Of a DNA stretch of 64,000 nucleotides, positions 1-10,200 are shown piece by piece. Each line of letters begins with the position of its first letter. Positions within the stretch are counted from its first letter, which is position 1. The DNA lies in NCBI GenBank assembly GCA_963575745.1, contig CAUYUJ010000225.1:1054001-1118000 (forward strand). Reading direction: 5' to 3'. Both the position numbers and the translations under genes were made by a program. The notes beneath the pieces are model-generated. The model did not search any database. It was not told the DNA's origin and was given only the letters and a program-made list of their open reading frames with translations. Origin of the DNA: Prorocentrum cordatum (taxonomy: Eukaryota).

Positions 1-974
1 GGACGGCGGCAACGGAGAGGCGCGGGCCCAGTCCTGCTCCCAGCCGGAAGGGCCCAATCCCCCGGCTGACCCGTCTTGGTCATGATTGGACCGGGCCCTG
101 GCGTGCGACCGCGGCCGCGGCCGCGTCCCCGCCCCTTGGCACCCCCTCCGCCGGCCCCCGCGGCGCCGCCGCTACTGGTGGTCTCTGTGGCCGCGGCACC
201 CGACGTGATGCGGGAATCGGCGGCCTCCGCTTTCTTCATGGACTGCTCTACCTCCCAGTCCTCCTTGGCACGGCGGGAGACGTGCTGCCTCAAGGCCGGT
301 GCCAGCAGCTCGTCCGCCTCGCCGAGCGGCGTCAGGTACTTGGCGTTGGCGAACGACGGGGCCCCGCCGCGCTCGTAGGCGCCCACTATGGCGTTGAGCC
401 GGCGGGTGGGCGCGATGTTCTTCTCTCTCAGGAACTTCTCGAGCAACGCTCGTGGGGGGCCCCACGTGCGGTACATCATCTTGCACGTGTGGAGGCACGT
501 CAGGCCCCCCTCGAGTCGCTGATGCCCCCAGTCGTGGCTCACCGACTCGTTGGTAGCCTTCCTGAACTCCTTGAACCGCTCCCCCTGGTCGCCCCACTCG
601 ACCCAGAAGGTTCTCGTGTCGTCGCCACTCCGCTCCTCTGGTCTCGGGCCTCCATCACCGGCGTCGGCCCCCGCGTCGCAGTCGCCTGGCCCTGGCGGTG
701 GTGCCTCTCCGCCTGGAGCAGGTCCGGCACCAAGGGCCAGGGGCCCATCACCAGGAGCAGCGGCCGGCGGCACCATCTCCAGGAGACGGCGCAGCTCCTC
801 CACGCGACGAGACGCCCAGTCGACCACCTCCGCCTCTGGCATCTGCTCCGCTCGCCATGCTCGGCCGCGCCGGTGCCAGAGGGCGTCGATCCCCACCCCA
901 ATCAGGGTCTGTCGTGGCGTCCACGATGGAGCCGATCGGCAGCCCAGGCGCGGGCTCCGCCAAGGCCCACACGC
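1..974 (-). pseudogene. 3' part of a decayed gag-like ORF (probably from an older retroelement, possibly DIRS-like) interrupted by LTR element A
   Basis: Minus-strand translation gives VWALAEPAPGLPIGSIVD near 970. After a frame change it reads DDTRTFWVEWGDQGERFKEFRKATNES...LEKFLREKNIAP...AIVGAYERGGAPSFANAKY...GRGRGRGRG, open to the window edge. It rejoins 12568-13061 across the CACGC TSD. The DIRS assignment is recall of similar dinoflagellate ORFs and is unverified. Confidence 0.5.
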
Positions 975-1126
975 AGTTGAGAATAGGAATGGGATGTAGG
1001 AGAGATCTTTTCCAGTACGTGTGAAACAAAGCTTGATTCTCTGACTCGAGCCTAATGGTTACGGTGAGGGCTGGCCGCAACGCGCGCGTAGCAGAGGTCA
1101 CCTGGCTGGGAATATACCTTTCGACT
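975..1126 (-). repeat. 3' LTR of element A
   Basis: Plus strand AGTTGAGAATAGG...CCTTTCGACT, identical by eye to 12416-12567. Confidence 0.97.
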
Positions 1127-1133
1127 CTGGTAC

Positions 1134-1143
1134 TTCTCCTTTG
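1134..1143 (-). promoter_or_regulatory. Polypurine tract of element A
   Basis: Minus strand AAAGGAGAAG lies a few nt upstream of the 3' LTR. Confidence 0.6.
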
Positions 1144-1263
1144 GTGGCTGTAAGCGCCACAGACACCACAGTTCCTTGGAAAATATCGCTGCGCTCTCTG
1201 TTCCAAAAACACAGCAAAGGAAAATGGCATCCAGCACTCAGAAAAGGAAGCTCCAGCCATCAC

Positions 1264-4200
1264 TCACATGTACCTCTGTTTCTTCTTCGGATGCATCGAC
1301 GGGTTGCTCCACGGAGCCCTCGTGGGGCACTCATTACCCCAATGGCCCAACTTGCCGCACACGCGGCACTGGCCCGGCTGCAGCGCCCCACTCGGCTTCG
1401 AACCGTCGCTGGGCGCAGGGCGCTTCGGCGCTGCGCGCGTGGCCCACGGGGACGCCGTTGGGCCAGGCGCGGCCTTCGGCGCTGCCGTCACCACTGGCCG
1501 GAGCGGCACCGATCCGCTCGTGGCCTGGCCGGCCTTCGGCGCAGCAGTCGGGCCAAGCGGGCCCAACCGGAGTGGGTCCGATCCACTCTCGGCGTCTACG
1601 CGCCTTGGCTGCGCCGGCCGAGACTTAGGCTGAGTCCCGACAAACTCCGGAGCTTGCTCCTGCTTCGCCGCTGCCCGTGCGCGGAGTCGGTTGTACAGCT
1701 CCCGGAGGTCGGTGTCGTGCTCGTTCTTCTTGTCGTCGACGTCGCGGTCGTACTTCCGCTTCTCCTCTTCGTGCCTCCAATGCCTGACGCGGTTGTTGGC
1801 TGGCTCGCCGTCCGTGTCGGAGTCGCACTCGCGCTTGAGGTCCGCCTCGTGCATGTGCTTCTGCCGCTTCTCCGGGTATTTCTCCACGAGCGCTGTCAAC
1901 CACGTGAACTCGTCGTCCCGGTACTTCCGCAGCAGACTGTCCAACCTCGATACATTGTCGGGGTTGAGCTTTTCGTAAGCGACGGTCATCACCTCGCGCC
2001 ACTCCCGTGCGCCAGGGCGCGGGGGCGTGTCCAAGCGCTTGGCGACGCGTACCACGCGACGCAGCGTCCATGGCTCCATGTCGTCGTCCTGCTCCTCCTT
2101 GGCGACGACGCGCGCGGGGTAGAAGAGCTGCACCTGCGGCCGGACTGTCGGGAACACCTTCACCTTGTCCTTCTGCACGATCTTCCACGCCCCCGTCCTG
2201 AGCGCTGTAAGGAGGGCGTCCCGGGCGACCTTGCCCTTCGTAAGGGCGTCTGCGAGCATGTCCCGGGTGTCGATCCAGCGCAACTCCCAGACGCGGCCTG
2301 CGAGCAAGTGCTGCTTGAGCGCCTTGATCTCGTAGAGCATCTGCTGCTCCGTGGGGCATTTCGTGCTCTCGTTCGCGATCGCTGCGAACACCGACATGGC
2401 ATCCACGTACAGCACGATCTTGATGTCGAACTCGCACGCCTCCAGCCGGCGACTCAATTCAGCTGCAGACGCGGTCCCGTAGAAGACCTCCTGGAAGAAG
2501 CCAGCCAGAAGCATGCCCTCCTCTGCGGCTTCGCTGAGATTGTGCATCTCTGCCGCGAACGTGCTCCTGCAAACCCGCGTCTGCTTCCGCGACCAGAAGT
2601 CGATCGCCAGGAAGCTGTCGTCCAAGGTGCCACCAAGGCCTGCGAGCAGACCCCGGAGAGCCAGACAGTCGGGATCAGCAGCCTTGAAGGCGCTATCCCC
2701 GGGAATTCTCAACACCGGCTCGCCCCTGATCCCGTGGTACTTGATGCAGCTCTTCTGCTTCTTGAGCCACTTCAGGAGCTTATTGAGGTCGTGCACGTCG
2801 CGGCAGCGAGGCGCCGTGTTGGCATCGCTGCACCTTTGCAGGTAGCCAACGAAGACCAAGCCATCGGCGCGGCACATTGTCACCCAGGCCACGCCACCGC
2901 GCAAGCTCATGAACTGCTGGTGGACGTCCTGGGGCACCTGTTCCTCCTCCTTGAGTGTCCCCAGAGCTGGGTGCACTATCGGGCGCAACTGGGACAAGTA
3001 GTGGTCCTGGCTGCACTCGATGTCGTGGTGGTTATGCGGGTTCTGTGTGTGCATGACACCGCAGCACTCGAAGATGCCGTACTTCCGGTCTTTGATCGGC
3101 CCAAACGCCCGCTCCAACACCTGAAGCAAGATCCTGTGATGCTTGCCGTCTGTGTGGTCGCAACCCTTGAGGTCGTCGACGTGGGCGGATACAGCCTGAA
3201 CCAATACTTTCTTTTTCGTGTTCTGGCCCGTCTCGTGCTTCGCGTACATCAGGGGCTGCGCCTGGGTAGGACGCAAGCCGGCCTCCCGCAGCACCTCGTC
3301 CAGCTTGAGGCTGAAAGCGCGTGGGGCCACAGTGGAGCCCATGACGGGCTTGTCTGGCTCCAATACCTCCAACACCGGGTCGAAGGACTCGAAGCCAGGA
3401 ATCTGCCTCAGCAGGGGCACCGTGCCCGGAGGCAGCTCCAACTGCATGTCCATCTCTGGCACCCCCGTCTTGTCGCTGAGCTCCTTGAAAGTGAGGCCCC
3501 GGAGAAACGCCTTAGGCACGTCCAACATCCACAACTGGTGGCCGTGAATGGCCGCCACTGCGGTCAGGGCTCGCTGTCCCCAGCGAGAGGCTGTCCCCGA
3601 GTACGTGTCCATCACGTCCTTGAGCCTGTCCTTGAAGCCCCGGGCCGTGAGCCGTGCTCGTACGGCACGCGCCTTGTCGATGATCTTCCACTTGACCACC
3701 CACCGCATGTCCGCGATGTTGCTGGCACCCTTCCTTGGGCGCCTCCTCATGTTGCACAGCTTGATCCACTCCTTGAGCTCGCTCAACATTGCTGCGTTCA
3801 CCTCGGGGCGGTGTTCCTGCATCTCCGCCGGAGACAGCAGAGGCAAGTCACGTTCAATGACTGCCTGTGGCTTTCTTGCTCCCGAAACCATCCACGCTGC
3901 CACGTGGCCGTCGGGAATACTGCTTACCCCGAGGCTGTCCATGAAGTGGTCCAAGAAGATGCCGTCGACCTCAAGGAGCGCCTTGTTCCGCTCCTCGTCG
4001 CTGTACGGCACGTGCTCGCCAATACCTGATGACACGAAGTACGTCGCATCCGGGGGAGATGCCATCGAAGCAACCATGTCCAGGTACTCGTCGCTCTTGT
4101 CCAATGGCAGGCTAGCGTAGTCCACCACGAAGTTTTCGGCGACCTCCCCGAACTCCTCAGAAGAGATGTCGTCATCATCGTCAACGTCTGTGCGAATGCC

Positions 4201-7200
4201 AGGGCCTGGCCGGGTAGACGTCACCGCATCTTGCTGCCTAGCGGCCTGCATCGGCGATGGGTTGCCGGAGCTACCTTCAGAGCGCTGCCGGACCTGTCCA
4301 CGAGGCGTCTCTGGCGCACTTGAGCCCATAGACTCCGGACTCGGCGTCGACGATGGCGTAGCATGTACAAGAGGAGGTGCGAGGGGAGCATCATGCCGTG
4401 CTGGAGGCGCTGGATTGGGGAACGTGCCGATGATGATGTTAGGCTCGTGGTCCTCCTGATGATGACCCTCCTGATGATCAATACTCGGTTCATCCATCAT
4501 GGACTGCTGCTTCATATGATCTAAAACCTGATCTTGTGTATCTGTGCTCATGATGAACTGCACGATGTTTTGCCTATTCCAATCGTTCCCCACTTCTTTG
4601 GTTAGATCCAGCTGCCTAGACGAAGGATGCTGTAACCAATGAGGTTCTCCCCGACGCCCAGTGACCCACCAGTAAATGATGGAAGGCCCTCCACAAGGAA
4701 GCGGCGTAAGATGCTTGACCCCTCTGGCAAGACGCACTGCACAGCAAGAGGTTAACCCGAACAAGTGTGAAGCCACACTGAAAGCTGCACGTGCGATCGC
4801 TGGGAATCGCCTCGTCGCTGTCGTCATCTTCCACATATCCGTTTTAACGTCGACCAAGAAACCCAAAGCGATAACTCCAGGATCCAGGGACTCCACGAAG
4901 TTGGACAGGGCCTCGAACGGGCTGCTGAATGCCTCGGCGTGGTGCTGGAGAAAGAAGGCACACCACAAGACGAGAGCCTTGCGTACGTCCTGGATTCGTG
5001 CCGTCATATGCCGGCCATGCCACTTAAAGCCGATCTGGCCCTCAGGGATGCCGGTGAGGTCGGTCACCACGCACGGGCCTCGCCATCCTGAGGTATCCTT
5101 GTTCGGCGGGTCCCTGAAGAAATCGATGCAATCGCCTACCTTCAAGTCCAGCTTCTCGCCGGCCTCGCGGGTCTTGGACTGCAAGCTCCGGCTAATCTTG
5201 TCCGCTGCCGTCGCCTGCGCGATGGTACTAACAGCTGCATGTCGAAGTCGTGCAACGTGTCGGCTAACACCAGCGGTGCCCTCGCTGTCGTCCTCCAGCT
5301 CGGTGGCACTCGCCGGCTCGAAGTTTAACAGAAGGTTCATTTGCCTGCCGAAGACGGCCTGGTACGGCGAGACGCCCTTGATGTTGGTCAGAACGTTCTT
5401 GGCCAAGAGCGCCTCCGCCAAGATGCACTCATTAGGGGCTGGGGTCCCGTCCTGAGTGAGCTGGTCCTTGATCAGGTGGAGCTGGTCCCTGAGCAGGGCG
5501 TTATGCCGCTCGACCATCTGAGCGTGGGCCGCCTTGGGCTTGAACACGAGGTTCGTGCCCCATCGGGACGCCCAGGCTCGGCCCTCGTCTGAATCGAGTG
5601 CCCCTTCATGATCAGACGTGATCCTCAGAGGTACTCCGAAGATCCGGAACCAGAGGTTCGTGATAGCCTCCAGGATCGTCGCGGTCTCCCTGTTGGGAAT
5701 CAGTCCTCCTGCAGCGAAGCGCACGCACTTGTCCAGGAGGTGGCACACAATCAAAGCCTCCCAGAACATGAGGTCGAACTGAATCTCCTCATTGAAGTGC
5801 GCGCAGATGGAGGCGCTACCAATCGACCTGGGAGCGACGTCCTGCCAACTACGGCAGATCCTACACGTATCTACGATGCCCTGGACTTGGTCGATGACGT
5901 GCGATGGCGCACCAGCCACCGTCAGAAGGTCACGAAGACGCTGAGCAGGACAGTGCCAGAGCCTGATGTGGATCTTCCGCAGCGTACGGCGGACCACACC
6001 AGGAGACTTGCTCAGCAGCAGGGGCAAGGCGCGCCCGAGGTCCCACTGAGACCATTCTTCGGGCAGACTGTCGGCCTGAGTTCCGATCTCAGCCTTCTGG
6101 ACCCTCGGGGCACGAGGAGCTCCAGGGGCAACAGGTGCAGGGGCACTGGCGGCGTCGCCAACTGCCGAAGGCTCAGGACCGCCTTCGGCGGGAGCCTCCT
6201 GCGCAGCCGCTAAGCGGCGGTGCTCTTCCTCTGCAGCTTGATCTGCCTCCTCCTCAGCTCCTAAGTTCGGCGCGGCCTTCATCGTAGACGTGGGATCCTC
6301 GCTGGCCCGGATGCGGCCGTCACGAGGATGTGCTCCAAGTCGCGGATTGCCGCGGCGCTCCGGAGCTCCACTCCACCGACAACGATCGTCCAGAAGATGG
6401 GACTCGTGGTGACGAGGTTTACCGGCCATGCAGCCCGGGCACTGGGTACCCCAGGGGGCAACGTCAGCCCATCGGCAGACACCTGGGACACGAGTGTGCC
6501 TCGGATCCAGCATGCTCACGTTCTTCCCACATGCCTTGCAGATGTCCTTGGCCGGGACACCAGCGCCGGCGACGCCCGGCATGCTCCCAGACGAGCCGCC
6601 AGACGATGTCGGGTAGTGACTCGTAATGGTGTCCACGTAGGTGTCCCTGATCACGTCGGCGATGCCTGCGGCGATGGTGGAAGCCAGCTTCCACGTCCAG
6701 ATCTGGTCAGGACCTGGAAGGCCACCTGTAGTAGTGACGTGCTCGTGGTCCCCATTGCATCGTAGTTGCCGAAGACGCCAGATCAGCCGCTCGTCGCTGG
6801 CTACGAACTCGGTCGGCTTCTGGATCAAGTGGTGTGGAGGTCGTTGATCCCGTAGTCCAGTCATGCACTGATGCATTGAGCAACGCACCACGGCAGGATG
6901 AGCCAACACATCCGGCCACGGAAACACCCTGTTGAGGCTAGTGCCCAAAAAATGCTCTCGAATGAAGTGTCGTTGCGAAAGAAGCTGATGGACAGCGACG
7001 TCTCCACAAAGCCGGCCAAACTTCTGACTGATCTTCCGCGGCGGCGCCATAACGATAACTAAGGGCTTCGCCGCGCGGATGTATCGCCACATGGCCGTCA
7101 CGTCGTCGTCGTTCATCAAGTCGCAGTTCGTCGCAAAATCTAGGTTCGCCCCTGCACGAAAACCGTGCCGAAACCTGCGGCGAACCAAGCACTGGGTAGT

Positions 7201-10200
7201 GCGACCCTCGCCGCCCAGGATCTCCATGATGTCCACGTGTTCATTGTCGTTTTGCTGCGTGTGGAAGTCCATGAGCATGGCGTCGAAGGAGAAAAAATGA
7301 GCTGCGTCTGGGGCCCGAGAGTGGAAAAAAGAACGGCCAAAGAGCCACCACGTCGGGTCCACCATGTCCGCGATGTCTTGCTCCTCCTGGTCGACAAGGG
7401 CCCGGTCAAGATACTGCACATGGTACTCGGATATTCGCTCCTCGTTCCAGTAGTCCTTGCCGTCAACGGTGATGCTGCCGAAGTCCTCGCCGCAGTCGTC
7501 GAAGTGCTGCTCTGCCTCTGGGCGAGGCTTGCGTGTCCTCGCTGCCTTGATGCCCTTTTCCGCCGCGAACTTTTTCTTCATGTCCCACTGTTCCTTTTGT
7601 CGCTCGCGAGCGTCCGTCGGGAAAGCCTCCCGAATCTGATCCAGGCTATCGTCGTTAACGTCGGACTCGTCGATCGTGGTTGTAACTCGTGTTTTCGACT
7701 CTGGTACGTCTCCTTGTTCCTTGCTGCGATATGACCCAGGGCGGCCAGAGGCGGCCCGGAAGCTCGGAAGAAGGGTCCGAACAAAGTTCACGATGAATCC
7801 GATGAGCATCATGATGTCCTTCGAATTGCGAGTCCGGCCAGTCGTCGACGATGGCGGCGGCGAGGTGCACTTGCAGACCGACCGGTCTGGCAAGGGAAAC
7901 GATGACAAAACCAACGTGTTCCGATGAATGGGCGTGTTGGTGTCCAGGTCCACCACGCCATAGTTGCACCATAAATGCTGGGAGTGGTGGAGTCGCTTGT
8001 CGGACCTCATCGCCATAACGCCGGGCAGATCCCACGCATAGTCGCGCAGGTTGCCCTCGATCAAGACGTGCCGTCCTTGATCCAACTGCGTGTTGATCAG
8101 CGTCAGCATCGATCGGCTCTGTCGCTCGTCGTGTCGGTCTCCACGTGGTGTTTTGCACCCCGTGAGCCGCATCCAGAGCAAGTCAGGCTCCTGGCTGCGG
8201 ATGTCCATGAGCTGGTATCTGAGATGATCGTGACTGTAGTTCCTGCGCATCTGCACGTTGTGGGTGCGAAGGCGTTCGTCGCGCAGGGCACTCTGTCGAA
8301 TGCCGTTTTCGTCGTCGTAGAGATAAACGAGATAAGATTCTGATGCAGATGAGTGTAAATGTAAATTTGGATTCGATGTCGAATTCTGGAGGCCCTTCGT
8401 CTGCTCGGTCGTGGCGTGCCCATCGTAGTGTCGATGTCCTGCTCGTAACGGTTCTCGGCTGCCTGGTGAGGCCTCGGCCCTGCCTCCGGTCCTGTGCGGG
8501 CTTTCGGCAGCACTGCCTCGAGAGAATCCGCCAGCTCCACGCCGAGCGACGGCCGGCTCCGCATTGCCGGAAGGCCTCATCATGCACGGAGTCGGGAGTT
8601 CGCGGGCGTCGTCGAATCGAACCTGCTTGCTCGCGCCTGGTGGGGCGCCGGCCCTGCCTTCGGCCCTGTGCGGACCTCCAACAGCATTGCCTGAGCACGC
8701 AGGGGCGGCCGAGACGCCAGTGCAAGGTGTCGTCGGTGAAGTCGTCATTTGTCCCCCCTGCACAACGGGGAACTGACTCGTCGACTGTTGCTGCTGTATG
8801 TGCTCTGTGTTTTTGGGTGTGGGTGTTGAGATCGAATCGAACTCCGTGATTGGCAGAAGAAGGTGTCCGCTCTCAGTCTTCTCCAAGTTTAAGGTTAAGC
8901 TGCCTGGGGGCAGCTTGATCTCGTAATCACCAGATCCCAAGAAATAAAGCTTCTGCCCGGAGATGTCGATGAGTGCTCGTCGTTGTTCCAAGGTTTTCAT
9001 TCCCAGTAGTGCTGGAACGTCGGAGTTGGGGATGACAGGGCTCTGGTACGTGCCCGTGTCGCCGGTCTCCAAGATCATGGGCACGAGAGCCTTCGCGTTG
9101 CAGTCCTGGGGCCCGGCTCCGACCCCTTCCACGGTCAAGGAACGATCCATGTTCATCTCATCGACGTCCATGTTGTGTTTCTTGAGGATGGCCTGGACGC
9201 GGCGGACCCAGGCGTCTCCAGTCAGATTGTCGTGAGCGCCTGGGTCGATGAGGAGGCCCTCGCGGTCCGGCCCCTTCAGGCGGGCCCTCGAGTGCCAATA
9301 CTCAGCCTCACCACCACCGCCGTTCATGCTCATGTCAAGCTCAACCATGCGTGGGCCCCAGGGATAGTGGAGTTGAGGTGCTCGTGGTCGTAGGATGTTG
9401 CTGATGGCGTGCATTTGCTGCGTGCGGTCCTCGTGATCGTCGTGGCCGCGATTAGGTCGTCGCCGTTGGGGTTGATCATGCTGTGGTGGTGGCTGCGGCG
9501 CGAACCCCGCGCCAGGAGCTGGACAACCAGCTAACGACAGACCTGGTACCAATCCAGGCTGATTAAGCCCTACACCTGGTACCAATCCAGGCTGATTAAC
9601 ACCTACACCTGGCACCAATCCAGGCTGATTAACACCTGCACCTGGTACCCATCCAGGCTGATGGTCAACCAGCGGCCCTGGTGCCGATCCAGGGCGTTGC
9701 CACGATTGAGCCACCGTGGCTAGAGATGCAGGTGCCGATCCTGCAGGCGCCGCAGGGACCAATCCTGCGAAGCCGTGGCCTATGGGTGGCCTTGACGCTG
9801 GTGCCAATCCAGCCGTCCCTTGAGCGAGAAGTGGCCTAGATGGGGATGGTGACGATCCAATCATTGGGATACCATGGCCCAGATATGATGTGGATTCTGA
9901 CGCCGGTGCCGATCCGGCCATCATCTGGGAGGCGGAATAGGCGGCAGCCTGCGGAGTAACAACGCTGGATGCAAGGGTGCCTGGTGCCGGCTCCAATCCG
10001 GCATCGCCTCTCTGTGCCAGGGTCTCGCCGCCAGTCCCGCCAGGTGTCATCTCACTCTGCCTCGCGCCAGCAGGTGCCATATCACTCGTCGCGCCGGCAG
10101 GTGTCATATCACTCGTCGCGCCGGCAGGTGTGATATCACTCCTCATCCTCGTCCTCGCATCCTCTGCCTGAAGGGGAGGTTGAGGAGGAGTGATGTGTGA

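Noticed and set aside
1141..4029. 962-aa plus-strand ORF
   Set aside because: It lies antisense to the RT/RNase H of element A, has no recognisable motifs, and is the expected shadow of GC-rich codon usage.
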